In this document: piece after piece, positions 12,101 through 22,990 of the stretch
How the letters are laid out: the number at the start of each line of letters is the position of its first letter
How positions within the stretch are numbered: position 1 is the stretch's first letter
Origin: Minutocellus sp. GHC0000111
Taxonomy: Eukaryota
Assembly (NCBI GenBank): GCA_977018835.1
Contig: OZ361258.1
Span: 992,001 to 1,056,000 of the forward strand
DNA: 64,000 nucleotides
Direction: 5' to 3'
Position numbers and translations under genes: made by a program
The notes under the pieces: model-generated
What the model saw: only the letters and a program-made list of their open reading frames with translations
Told to the model about the DNA's origin: nothing
Database searches by the model: none

Positions 12101-13381
12101 TTCTGGTAGTTGTGCACCCACCTTCATTGATCTTGACGGCGATAATGGGCCCGTCTGTGAACCACCGGCACCGACACTGTCAATAATCGAGTTGGCCCAA
12201 TCCGGAGCATTCTCCTCCTCGTCTGGCTGAGAGAATTGTTCCTCGTCAACAGAAGTAGCACCCTGGCAATCGTTGTCGTTGCCATCAACGTCATCACTGC
12301 TACTTCCGCTGTCACCGTCTTCTTTGTAAGAATCGCCACTCAAATCAAGTGTGTTGTTCGCTGGTATAAAGCTCGGAACATTACCATATTGGGCCCACTG
12401 CAACAAGCGAAAGGCTGCCGTAGCCAACGGAGGCATCTGCTTCTTCTTGCTAGATATCTTCTTAGATAACCAATCATTTCCACCGGCCCTTGTATCTGCA
12501 GCCGGTGTAGCCGTGGAAAACAAATCAAAGAATTGGACGGGTTGATCAATGTGCACCGATAATGAAAGAGGTACCTCGCTTCCTATGACCAAACCAGTAT
12601 CCTCCATCAATGCCTCCGCCGATATTGATATCAGATTGGTTGGATGCTTGGAACCATCGCAAACATGTCGAAGTAGCGGCGTTAGCATACTGCTCTCATC
12701 TTGTGGCAGTGTTCCCTCCACGTTGCTGCCGCGGAATCGAACAATGGGCGGTCCACTGGACGATGCCGTTAGATGAAACTTCTCGCCATGTCGAACCCGA
12801 CCATTCCTTGAGGTTGACAGGCCCACCATCCATCGGCGGCAGAGAAGGAGATGCTGCTGAGCGGGCGATGACTTGCCGGTGGAACTTTTGCTGGTCAATG
12901 ATGCTGACGCTTTTGCAGCAGATTTGTCACTGTTTCCACTACTGTTGCCACTGATTCGCCGCCTCTTTGACGAATCAGGTGGGGAAGGCGTGACTTTCCT
13001 CCTTCCAGCACTACCACCAGTCGAGGTACCTGAAACCGAGGGTGGCTTCGACGATGCAGATGCAGATGCAGAGGATGGTGCCAAAGATGCCTCAAATGTA
13101 AAAACTCCACCGCCATTGGTCGGGCTGTCCTCCGATTTCCATTGGCCGGTCAACAATTGTTCGGCAGCCGCCTCGACATTCAGGCCCGATCGACGAAGGC
13201 ACGCCGACAGGTCTCGCTCGGAGTACTGATGACCAACACCACAACCGGTGATGAATTCTCTCAAGAGAGTAAGTTTGGACAAGAAATCGCCCGAGGAAGA
13301 TGAGGAAGCAGCGGCAAAGGTCGGCGATGGTGCCTTGCGGCTTCCGCCACTTTTGCTCTTCTTCTTGACGCTCTTCGGCAT
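9192..13381 (-). CDS. RAD5: RAD5/HLTF-like SNF2 helicase and RING ubiquitin ligase; intron 11526-11653
   Basis: Splicing restores GGILADSM|GLGKT. Also DEAH box, TGTPIQN, RING (CPLC..CAHTMCLDC..CPVC) inserted in the helicase, DPWWN/QCINRIHRIGQ, and N-terminal UBA-like and HIRAN-like segments. Confidence 0.9.
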
Positions 13382-13574
13382 ATTATTCAGGCACCCGGCA
13401 ACCCTCGGGCGGCCAAAAGTTTATCAATAACTCAATAATTCCCAGGAATTATGGAGTCAGAACACAATGGCTTTGTTCCTTGGTGGCAACGAGTGGCGTT
13501 TGTTAAGAAAAACGCCGCAAATTCCAGATAAATCACACCGCTTTCAACAGTTGTTCCTGTTGTCTGTTCTGGCA

Positions 13575-13915
13575 CAAAAATTCAAATTAATGAACGCTGG
13601 AACGGTACAGCTTTATCGATATCTCGACAACTCCGGCGAATCGGCCAACCCGAGCACAGCACCACTATCTCTTTGTACTATTTGAGGATGCTTGTAAACA
13701 AAAAGTGCCGTAAGTTTTTGGTATCGTCTCGGCAGACTGGCTCGATCCGACCTTGCAGCTGGCGGTCCCGCCCAAAATTCAAAAATGAGCGGTGGGGAGG
13801 GCGCGCAAGAATTTATCGATATCTCGATATTTCTGATGAATTGGCCGGCCGTACCAAAGTAGAGCCGTCCTCCGATGGCGGATGATGCCGTTTGTAACAA
13901 AAAGTACCGTAAGCT
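13575..13915. repeat. Diverged ~200-bp-period duplication in the RAD5/ClpB divergent intergenic region
   Basis: TTTATCGATATCTCGA at 13612 and 13812; TTGTAA(A)CAAAAAGTRCCGTAAG at ~13692 and ~13892; AAAATTCAAA..ATGARCG upstream of both. Confidence 0.6.
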
Positions 13916-14240
13916 GCTAATGTTTCGTGGACAATACGCCTGGCTGGACCATGGCCGAGATAATGAGGTGGCCGAGCGAGAGGGCGACGAGGGCGAGAGG
14001 CGAGCGAGGCGAGAGGGCGCGGCGCGCGAGGTTGGCGGACTTTTGCAAGCCGGCCGGCCTTCGTCTTATGACTCGATCGACTATATTAGAATAAGGCTCC
14101 GCTTCGATCGTTCTCGGGAGGTGATGAATTTCTTCGAAATTCATTTTTGTGCACGTCCCGCCATCGCATGCTTGCTCGCCGCTGCTGCTGCTGCCGCCTC
14201 TTCTACCGGTAGCATTTTCACTTCAAAACCCTCAGCTCAC

Positions 14241-14388
14241 AACTCAACTCGACAACACAATCGATACACCCATATTCGACCAAACCAACCCCATTTATCC
14301 ATATTACACAAGAACTCAACTCGACAAAACAATCGATACACCCATAATAAATTCAACCAAACCAACCCCATTTATCCATATCACCAAG
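14241..14388. repeat. Imperfect ~72-76 bp tandem duplication immediately 5' of the ClpB ATG
   Basis: AACTCAACTCGACAA.ACAATCGATACACCCATA...CCAAACCAACCCCATTTATCCATAT at 14241 and 14313. Confidence 0.9.
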
Positions 14389-14391
14389 AAA

Positions 14392-16488
14392 ATGATGGAA
14401 CGAAGCATGACCGACGCGGCAATCAATGCCGTCAACGAGACGCTATCACTGGCAAAGGACAATGGCCACTCGCAAGCTGATCCGCTCCATCTGGCGGTCG
14501 TATTGTTTGCCAAGGACGATGGGATGGGAGCCCGTGTCGTGGCTCGGGCCACGGCCGCCAATCCCATTGATCTCAACACCATCCGGAGGGGACTGCAGCG
14601 TCTGCTCCTCAAGAAGCCCAGCCAAACTCCCGCCCCGCTCGAGGCTGGGCTCAGCTCAGCCCTGCAGCAGCTCATCCAGCGGGCGACGCAGGCCGCCAAG
14701 TCCAATGGCGACGCGCTGCTTTCGCTGGACCACCTGCTGATTGGACTGTACGACGACCGTCCAGTCAAGGACGAGTTGATCGGCGCAGGACTTACCAAGA
14801 AGGTGGCGACGAAGTCCATCGAGGACATTCGTGGCGGCAAGAAGATCACGACCGCAGGTGCTGAGGACCAGTTCGAGGCGCTCGAGAAGTACGGCATCGA
14901 CCTGGTCCAGGCGGCCGAGGATGGCAAGTTGGATCCTGTCATCGGTCGCGATGAGGAGATTCGACGAACCATTCAGATTCTGTGCCGACGTACAAAAAAC
15001 AATCCGTGCCTCGTAGGCGAGCCCGGTGTGGGCAAGACCGCGATTGTGGAAGGTCTTGCCCGACGAATTCTTGAGGGCGATGTCCCTGAAACTTTGCAGG
15101 GAGTAGCTTTGAGAACATTGGATATGGGCGCCCTTGTTGCTGGTGCCAAGTACCGTGGAGAATTTGAGGAGCGTTTGCGTGCCGTCCTAGATGAGTGCAA
15201 GGCCGCTGAGGGCAGGATCGTGCTATTCGTTGATGAGGTCCATCTCGTGCTTGGAGCGGGCAAAACGGACGGTGCCATGGATGCAGCCAATATTCTAAAG
15301 CCCATGCTTGCGCGTGGTGAGCTTCGCATGATTGGTGCCACTACATTGGATGAGTATCGTCAGCATATTGAAAAAGATTCGGCATTTGAGCGACGATTCC
15401 AGCAGGTGCGGGTGGACGAGCCCAGTGTCGAGGCGACCATTAGTATTCTCCGTGGATTGACGGACCGCTACGAAGCGCACCATGGCGTTCGCGTGTCAGA
15501 TGCTGCTCTCATTTCGGCTGCTCAGCTTTCGGATCGTTACATTACCACTCGATTCCTGCCTGACAAGGCAATCGATCTGATCGACGAAGCATGCGCGACT
15601 CGGCGTGTCCAGCTCGATTCGCGTCCTGAGGAAATTGATGTGCTGGAGCGCAAGATATTGCAAGCCGAGATCGAGTCGACAGCGCTCGGACGTGAGAAGG
15701 ACAAGGATTCCAAGAAGAGGCGTAAGCTTGTACAGGAGGACATTGCCAATTGGAAGGAAGAACTTGCCCCGCTCAAGGCCAAGTGGGAGGCAGACCGTGG
15801 CCGTGCCGATGAGATCAAGCAGACCAAGGAAAAACTCGCCGGTCTGGAGGCCAAGGCTGCAGCCGCCAAGCGCATTGGAGATTACGAGAAGGCTGCTGAT
15901 CTTGAATATGGTGCCATCCCTGACCTCAAGGCTCACATTGCCAAGATTGAACGTATTGAACAGGAACGTCGGGCATCGGAGGCCGCCAATCCCGACGCTG
16001 AAGAGAGTACAGTCAGCGAGATAGTTTCTCCCAAGCACATTGCCGAGGTTGTTTCGCGATGGACCGGCATTCCCGTTACTAAATTGAGCATGGGCGAGCG
16101 CGAGCGTCTACTCTCACTTGACCGGCGCCTCATGGAGCGTGTGATTGGCCAGGATGAGGCCGTCAGAGAGGTTACTGACTGCATCCTTCGGAGCAAGGCC
16201 GGTCTGGCTCGTGAGGACCAACCCACTGGATCGTTTCTGTTTTTGGGACCAACTGGAGTAGGCAAGACCGAACTGGCCAAGGCCCTCTTCTCAGAACTGT
16301 ACGACGGAGATGAACGCCACCTCACGCGCATAGATATGAGTGAGTACACTGAACAGCATTCGGTGAGTCGCTTGGTCGGAGCTCCGCCCGGCTACATCGG
16401 GCATGACGAGGGCGGTCAGTTGACCGAGGCAGTGCGCAGGAAGCCCTATACCGTCGTGCTATTTGACGAAGTTGAGAAGGCACATCCG
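14392..16488 (+). CDS. clpB: ClpB/Hsp101-Hsp104 disaggregase, 3' end lost in assembly gap
   Basis: Clp N domain, [35 protein letters not shown]-domain coiled coil, [28 protein letters not shown], then Ns. No targeting leader, so cytosolic type. Confidence 0.95.
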
Positions 16489-16688
16489 NNNNNNNNNNNN
16501 NNNNNNNNNNNNNNNNNNNNNNNNNNNNNNNNNNNNNNNNNNNNNNNNNNNNNNNNNNNNNNNNNNNNNNNNNNNNNNNNNNNNNNNNNNNNNNNNNNNN
16601 NNNNNNNNNNNNNNNNNNNNNNNNNNNNNNNNNNNNNNNNNNNNNNNNNNNNNNNNNNNNNNNNNNNNNNNNNNNNNNNNNNNNNNNN
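16489..16688. other. Assembly gap (200 N)
   Basis: Run of exactly 200 N, likely a fixed-size placeholder; true size unknown. Confidence 0.99.
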
Positions 16689-17585
16689 GCCGCGGATGTT
16701 CCGGCGTTTCGTTGGAAGTTTCCTTCTCATGGCGCGAGGGGCTGAATGCAGTCGCCTCGGCGCGTTTCGGTGGACGCGGTGGACTGAAGATGTGTCCCTT
16801 TGGAGTATCCATGAGCATGGAAGCTTCTTGAAGCGCCAGTCGGCAGAAGTTGCCCAGTCTATTTGTGGTAATTGCTTGGTGGTCGGTTGTTGACGGATGT
16901 GTTTTGATTTGCTTGCTTTGCCGCGTGTTTTTCAAGGTGGCGCGCAAACCGCCGTGTCGGAAAGTCCAAAGACCAAAAAACCGGGTCCCCGAAATTGCTG
17001 TCCCGGACCTCGAGGTCGCGGACAGCAGTTTCAGGGACCCGGTTTTCGGGTCTTTGGGCAAAATCTCATAAAAATCAGCACAAACGCACGCAGCAAGCAG
17101 CATTTGTTTGCTATCGTCCTGTCTTCAAGATGGCGGTGACGGCAGTGCCGACGGCATCCGCTTCACGCAAGGGATAAGCGTGGTATCTCCAGAACGGGTT
17201 GGTCCTTGACCTTGGGACCGACTCGGAGACATCGATTTCATCTTCCCATGCCAGCGTCTGGCCGATTCACCCCATCCATCGCCCCTCCCGACTTCTGCCA
17301 GTTTTTCCGATGACAACCGGTCACCTCCTCCACCTCCCGACCCCACCACCACCTCCCAAATGCATTGATTCAAGTAGCCATATGGTTTGAGCTCCGATAT
17401 CGGTCTCCATGGTCCCCATGATGGCGCATCTCATGCGGTCCGGGTGACCCCGCGCCAAAATCGAGCGGGCCAAAAAAATCATCACCCGCCCGGCGCGCCC
17501 GCCACTCAATGAAACCTTCCTCATTTCCAACCCACCCGACATACAAACTGTTGCTCTACTGCCACAAAACACTGCATCCAACACC

Positions 17586-19238
17586 ATGTTAATGCAAATG
17601 GCTGTTGCTGCTGCTGCCGCCACCGCAGCTGATGCGCCAGCATGTCGCCGCTCCCGTCGGTCCGGCAGCTCCATCCCATGCTTTGATTGTTTTGTCCATC
17701 GGAGCGGCACCATCGATGCCTCTACGATTCGTGGCAAGTCTCCTGGGATGATCCAGACCATAGCGAACCGGGCATGGGCGGGCCTCTCACTTCAGAAACA
17801 GCAGGATATTGTGGAGCAAGCCCGAGAGGAGGAGCTGTGCTGTCCGAGCCAGACCGGTCCTGATCCGGCACAAGATGTGCCGATTTCTCAAATTCAAATT
17901 GCTCGGCGCAATTCGTCATCCAATAACGCCGATGCCAGCCCTGAGCCGACGGTCGAGGACAATGCTGGCATCGCTGCTCGTCCTGGTGATGACAATGTCG
18001 AAGCTGGGGGCATCGCCGAGTCCATGGTGGTGGATGGAAGCGGCAACAGTGAAGAATCTGGCAATCCTGCCAGTGTCGGTGTTTCTGCTACCGGCACCGC
18101 CAATTCTGGTGGATCGACCGAGGAGAATTTGGATGTGCTGCTGGTTGAGGCCGAAGCGCAACACAAAGCTGCAGAGGAGGCTTTGAAAGGGCTAAGGGAC
18201 TCCTTGAAACGAGAAAAGCGGAAGGATGAAAAGGCCATGGCCGATGCCGAGAAGAAAAGGAACAAAATGAAGGATGAGAACGGCAATTTACCGAATGGAA
18301 AGAAGCGAGTTCTCCTCGTGCATTACGATGAGAAATGGTTCTGGGGTCTCGTCCTCCGAGCTTTTGCGAAGGCTTGCGAGGAAATCGGCGTGAAAAAGCG
18401 AGATTACGCGGCCTTTCACAGGAGCCACATCAACAAGGTCATGGCCATTGCATTTGTTGCCGCTGTCTTTGACGGTTCTCTTGAGAGTGGGTGCGAGGTT
18501 GTAAAACTGCCACTGGTACGAGCTCAAGCTCCTAAAATAGCGGAGCGAGCTCAGCACGAAGCAGCATCACAGCCTGATGGTTCAACACGGCACCCAAATA
18601 CCAACCCCGATGGGACACCAAAGGAACCTCTTCGCCGGAAAGGAGAGTCGTTTCTTGTTGATTGTTGCGTTACTGGATCGAACGAAGGCACCAAAACGGA
18701 TCCGAAATGCTCTTTGCTCCTCGTATTCAAGGAGACCATTTTCCCAGCGATTCTCAACCTTGTCGGTCCGGGCAAGCAATACGAAGATTGCCATGTTATT
18801 ATCCAGGGCGACCAGGCCGGGCCTCACGAGGACGGAGCCTTCACGCAATTTGTTACTAACTTCTGTGCTGAGCAAGGCTGGACGTGGCAGCCACAGGCAC
18901 CGCAGATGCCTCACGCCAACGTCCTTGACTTGAGCGTGTTCCCCGCGATGAGCCGGCGGCACTCGGAATGGGCACGAAAAATGGTAGGCACCTCCGTCAT
19001 TTCCACCGACCAGATCTGGGACACTGCCGAGGACGTTTACGATAGCATGCCTAACTGCAAAATTGCTTCGGCCTTCATTCAGTGCTGGAGGATAATGGGC
19101 CTGGTGATTAAGGCCGGTGGTAGCAATGAGTTTGTTGGAAGGTTGGGTGACGAAAACTTGCACACTGGAATTAGGATCGACTTCAACGAAACGGCCAAGG
19201 GGATGGAGCCCTCAGCTCGTCATCCTTCTAATAAATAG
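17586..19238 (+). CDS. Mariner-like DD38D transposase (unit 1)
   Basis: VHYDEKWFW, HINKVM, IIQGDQAGPH and QAPQMPHANVLDLSVF parallel the plant-type DD39D mariner motifs HIDEKWF, QQDNA..H and QPPNSPDLNVLDLGFF. 38 residues lie between Asp2 and Asp3. Confidence 0.9.
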   Translation: MLMQMAVAAAAATAADAPACRRSRRSGSSIPCFDCFVHRSGTIDASTIRGKSPGMIQTIANRAWAGLSLQKQQDIVEQAREEELCCPSQTGPDPAQDVPISQIQIARRNSSSNNADASPEPTVEDNAGIAARPGDDNVEAGGIAESMVVDGSGNSEESGNPASVGVSATGTANSGGSTEENLDVLLVEAEAQHKAAEEALKGLRDSLKREKRKDEKAMADAEKKRNKMKDENGNLPNGKKRVLLVHYDEKWFWGLVLRAFAKACEEIGVKKRDYAAFHRSHINKVMAIAFVAAVFDGSLESGCEVVKLPLVRAQAPKIAERAQHEAASQPDGSTRHPNTNPDGTPKEPLRRKGESFLVDCCVTGSNEGTKTDPKCSLLLVFKETIFPAILNLVGPGKQYEDCHVIIQGDQAGPHEDGAFTQFVTNFCAEQGWTWQPQAPQMPHANVLDLSVFPAMSRRHSEWARKMVGTSVISTDQIWDTAEDVYDSMPNCKIASAFIQCWRIMGLVIKAGGSNEFVGRLGDENLHTGIRIDFNETAKGMEPSARHPSNK

Positions 19239-19333
19239 ATAGTGTTAATGTCTTTACACATGTATTAAATAAATGTTACACGTCTACAAATTATTTATAG
19301 ATCTACATGTAAGATGCAGCAGCATTGGTTTGT

Positions 19334-20476
19334 TTATGTCACGGTGGGCTTCTTTGTTCTTCTATTTCTACCGGTGTTCTTTTTTGCCTCCTTGGCCTTC
19401 TTATGATCATTAGAAAGCCACACAGCGTGGAGGGACTGACGAATCTTTCCGCGCTTCACACCATATGCATCGGCAAGTTTGTTGTCAGTGAGGGCAGGGT
19501 GAGCAGTTGGTTGTTTACTCCCATCCTCATATCCCAACTTATATGCATCTAATGCAATCTTGTCAGTAGATAATGCAATAGAGAATTCTATTGTCTTGTT
19601 ATCATACAATCCGAGTTCTCTGCTTCTCCACCCTTTCGGGTAGGCACCACGACCCTCTCTTACTTGGCGATCGACTTCGATCATGCCTAGCACTGTGGTG
19701 ACCGCGACCTCGCTACCCCAACCAGGAACTTGTTTGAAGGGGAGGTAGACCCCTTTCTCTTTTCTTCTTGGTTCGGGCCTCTGACTACATGTGGGTGACT
19801 TGTAGTTCTTTATATCTTGTGGTAGTGGTGCTTCTCCGTACGTCAAAAAGCACACAAGCCTCCGATGTTCCTCAACCTCTCGTTCAATCTGTCGTTCGGT
19901 TGGTTCGGTTGGAGGCAAGGGCTCCAAGATGGTAGGGGATGACAATTGAAGGTTGCTGAACGACGGGCATGAGCGGCTTGGGGTAAGAGCATACTGAGTA
20001 TGAACTGACATTGGACTTGTTACCATGGGCGTGGCGGAGGGAAGGTCGAATGAGCTCACGGGCTTTCTCCTCTCGCCGCTTGGCTTTGCGTCGGCGGTTG
20101 CTATGCTCATCTCTGAGAATGAATCATCTTCATCAGAATGAGATGAAACGGTAGCGGTACCGCGAAAGTCGGCACGCAATATGTCATGATGCAAGTACTT
20201 CCTTGCTTGGGCTTGTTCGGCGGCGAAGCCATCCTCTTCGTTGTACTCGCGTCGATATTTCAACACACGAGGAGATGTGAGGTCTGACGATGCCGGTGGG
20301 ACCCCTTGGTTGTCCTCCTCGTCATCGTTGTCCTTGTTCTCTCGATGCCGCGGATGTTCCGGCGTTTCGTTGGAAGTTTCCTTCTCATGGCGCGAGGGGC
20401 TGAATGCAGTCGCCTCGGCGCGTTTCGGTGGACGCGGTGGACTGAAGATGTGTCCCTTTGGAGTATCCATGAGCAT
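19334..20476 (-). CDS. Transposon ORF2, 380 aa, unknown function (unit 1)
   Basis: First ATG inside the element (MLMDTPK...); open in all 9 units; basic C-terminus. The frame stays open across the TIR junction to an ATG at 20761. Confidence 0.65.
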   Translation of the reverse strand: MLMDTPKGHIFSPPRPPKRAEATAFSPSRHEKETSNETPEHPRHRENKDNDDEEDNQGVPPASSDLTSPRVLKYRREYNEEDGFAAEQAQARKYLHHDILRADFRGTATVSSHSDEDDSFSEMSIATADAKPSGERRKPVSSFDLPSATPMVTSPMSVHTQYALTPSRSCPSFSNLQLSSPTILEPLPPTEPTERQIEREVEEHRRLVCFLTYGEAPLPQDIKNYKSPTCSQRPEPRRKEKGVYLPFKQVPGWGSEVAVTTVLGMIEVDRQVREGRGAYPKGWRSRELGLYDNKTIEFSIALSTDKIALDAYKLGYEDGSKQPTAHPALTDNKLADAYGVKRGKIRQSLHAVWLSNDHKKAKEAKKNTGRNRRTKKPTVT

Positions 20477-20622
20477 GGAAGCTTCTTGAAGCGCCAGTCG
20501 GCAGAAGTTGCCCAGTCTATTTGTGGTAATTGCTTGGTGGTCGGTTGTTGACGGATGTGTTTTGATTTGCTTGCTTTGCCGCGTGTTTTTCAAGGTGCGC
20601 GCAAACCGCCGTGTCGGAAAGT

Positions 20623-20715
20623 CCAAAGACCCAAAAAACCGGGTCCCCGAAATTGCTGTCCCGGACCTCGAGGTCGCGGACAGCAGTTTCAGGGACCCGG
20701 TTTTCGGGTCTTTGG
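20623..20715. repeat. Abutting terminal inverted repeats forming a ~93-bp imperfect palindrome (representative junction)
   Basis: CCAAAGACCCAAAAAACCGGGTCCCCGAAATTGCTGTCCCGGACCT-CG-AGGTCGCGGACAGCAGTTTCAGGGACCCGGTTTTCGGGTCTTTGG. Confidence 0.95.
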
Positions 20716-21242
20716 GCAAAATCTCATAAAAATCAGCACAAACGCACGCAGCAAGCAGCATTTGTTTGCTATCGTCCTGTCTTCAAGATGGCGGTGACGG
20801 CAGTGCCGACGGCATCCGCTTCACGCAAGGGATAAGCGTGGTATCTCCAGAACGGGTTGGTCCTTGACCTTGGACCGACTCGGAGACATCGATTTCATCT
20901 TCCCATGCCAGCGTCTGGCCGATTCACCCCATCCATCGCCCCTCCCGACTTCTGCCAGTTTTTCCGATGACAACCGGTCACCTCCTCCACCTCCCGACCC
21001 CACCACCACCTCCCAAATGCATTGATTCAAGTAGCCATATGGTTTGAGCTCCGATATCGGTCTCCATGGTCCCCATGATGGCGCATCTCATGCGGTCCGG
21101 GTGACCCCGCGCCAAAATCGAGCGGGCCAAAAAAATCATCACCCGCCCGGCGCGCCCGCCACTCAATGAAACCTTCCTCATTTCCAACCCACCCGACATA
21201 CAAACTGTTGCTCTACTGCCACAAAACACTGCATCCAACACC

Positions 21243-22895
21243 ATGTTAATGCAAATGGCTGTTGCTGCTGCTGCCGCCACCGCAGCTGATGCGCCAGCAT
21301 GTCGCCGCTCCCGTCGGTCCGGCAGCTCCATCCCATGCTTTGATTGTTTTGTCCATCGGAGCGGCACCATCGATGCCTCTACGATTCGTGGCAAGTCTCC
21401 TGGGATGATCCAGACCATAGCGAACCGGGCATGGGCGGGCCTCTCACTTCAGAAACAGCAGGATATTGTGGAGCAAGCCCGAGAGGAGGAGCTGTGCTGT
21501 CCGAGCCAGACCGGTCCTGATCCGGCACAAGATGTGCCGATTTCTCAAATTCAAATTGCTCGGCGCAATTCGTCATCCAATAACGCCGATGCCAGCCCTG
21601 AGCCGACGGTCGAGGACAATGCTGGCATCGCTGCTCGTCCTGGTGATGACAATGTCGAAGCTGGGGGCATCGCCGAGTCCATGGTGGTGGATGGAAGCGG
21701 CAACAGTGAAGAATCTGGCAATCCTGCCAGTGTCGGTGTTTCTGCTACCGGCACCGCCAATTCTGGTGGATCGACCGAGGAGAATTTGGATGTGCTGCTG
21801 GTTGAGGCCGAAGCGCAACACAAAGCTGCAGAGGAGGCTTTGAAAGGGCTAAGGGACTCCTTGAAACGAGAAAAGCGGAAGGATGAAAAGGCCATGGCCG
21901 ATGCCGAGAAGAAAAGGAACAAAATGAAGGATGAGAACGGCAATTTACCGAATGGAAAGAAGCGAGTTCTCCTCGTGCATTACGATGAGAAATGGTTCTG
22001 GGGTCTCGTCCTCCGAGCTTTTGCGAAGGCTTGCGAGGAAATCGGCGTGAAAAAGCGAGATTACGCGGCCTTTCACAGGAGCCACATCAACAAGGTCATG
22101 GCCATTGCATTTGTTGCCGCTGTCTTTGACGGTTCTCTTGAGAGTGGGTGCGAGGTTGTAAAACTGCCACTGGTACGAGCTCAAGCTCCTAAAATAGCGG
22201 AGCGAGCTCAGCACGAAGCAGCATCACAGCCTGATGGTTCAACACGGCACCCAAATACCAACCCCGATGGGACACCAAAGGAACCTCTTCGCCGGAAAGG
22301 AGAGTCGTTTCTTGTTGATTGTTGCGTTACTGGATCGAACGAAGGCACCAAAACGGATCCGAAATGCTCTTTGCTCCTCGTATTCAAGGAGACCATTTTC
22401 CCAGCGATTCTCAACCTTGTCGGTCCGGGCAAGCAATACGAAGATTGCCATGTTATTATCCAGGGCGACCAGGCCGGGCCTCACGAGGACGGAGCCTTCA
22501 CGCAATTTGTTACTAACTTCTGTGCTGAGCAAGGCTGGACGTGGCAGCCACAGGCACCGCAGATGCCTCACGCCAACGTCCTTGACTTGAGCGTGTTCCC
22601 CGCGATGAGCCGGCGGCACTCGGAATGGGCACGAAAAATGGTAGGCACCTCCGTCATTTCCACCGACCAGATCTGGGACACTGCCGAGGACGTTTACGAT
22701 AGCATGCCTAACTGCAAAATTGCTTCGGCCTTCATTCAGTGCTGGAGGATAATGGGCCTGGTGATTAAGGCCGGTGGTAGCAATGAGTTTGTTGGAAGGT
22801 TGGGTGACGAAAACTTGCACACTGGAATTAGGATCGACTTCAACGAAACGGCCAAGGGGATGGAGCCCTCAGCTCGTCATCCTTCTAATAAATAG
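21243..22895 (+). CDS. DD38D transposase (unit 2)
   Basis: Protein identical to unit 1. Confidence 0.9.
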   Translation: MLMQMAVAAAAATAADAPACRRSRRSGSSIPCFDCFVHRSGTIDASTIRGKSPGMIQTIANRAWAGLSLQKQQDIVEQAREEELCCPSQTGPDPAQDVPISQIQIARRNSSSNNADASPEPTVEDNAGIAARPGDDNVEAGGIAESMVVDGSGNSEESGNPASVGVSATGTANSGGSTEENLDVLLVEAEAQHKAAEEALKGLRDSLKREKRKDEKAMADAEKKRNKMKDENGNLPNGKKRVLLVHYDEKWFWGLVLRAFAKACEEIGVKKRDYAAFHRSHINKVMAIAFVAAVFDGSLESGCEVVKLPLVRAQAPKIAERAQHEAASQPDGSTRHPNTNPDGTPKEPLRRKGESFLVDCCVTGSNEGTKTDPKCSLLLVFKETIFPAILNLVGPGKQYEDCHVIIQGDQAGPHEDGAFTQFVTNFCAEQGWTWQPQAPQMPHANVLDLSVFPAMSRRHSEWARKMVGTSVISTDQIWDTAEDVYDSMPNCKIASAFIQCWRIMGLVIKAGGSNEFVGRLGDENLHTGIRIDFNETAKGMEPSARHPSNK

Positions 22896-22990
22896 ATAGT
22901 GTTAATGTCTTTACACATGTATTAAATAAATGTTACACGTCTACAAATTATTTATAGATCTACATGTAAGATGCAGCAGCATTGGTTTGT

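Larger units (their letters stand above)
17011..20670 (+). mobile_element. Tc1/mariner-superfamily transposon, unit 1
   Basis: Starts CGAGGTC and ends GACCTCG; ~47-bp imperfect TIRs; DDD transposase plus convergent ORF2. Confidence 0.92.

Noticed and set aside
14149..16893. 914-aa ClpB ORF fused to transposon sequence; apparent insertion of the array into ClpB
   Set aside because: The ORF reads through the N gap, so adjacency is unproven. The extension upstream of ATG 14392 is duplicated leader sequence.
16689..17220. Single-base indels in the partial unit and unit 1 (extra G ~16940, missing C ~16973, extra G ~17214)
   Set aside because: Homopolymer-type changes at a contig edge; likely low-coverage errors and excluded from the mutation tally.
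19334..20476. ORF2 as a Fanzor/TnpB RNA-guided nuclease
   Set aside because: No RuvC-like acidic motifs or CxxC zinc ribbon visible.
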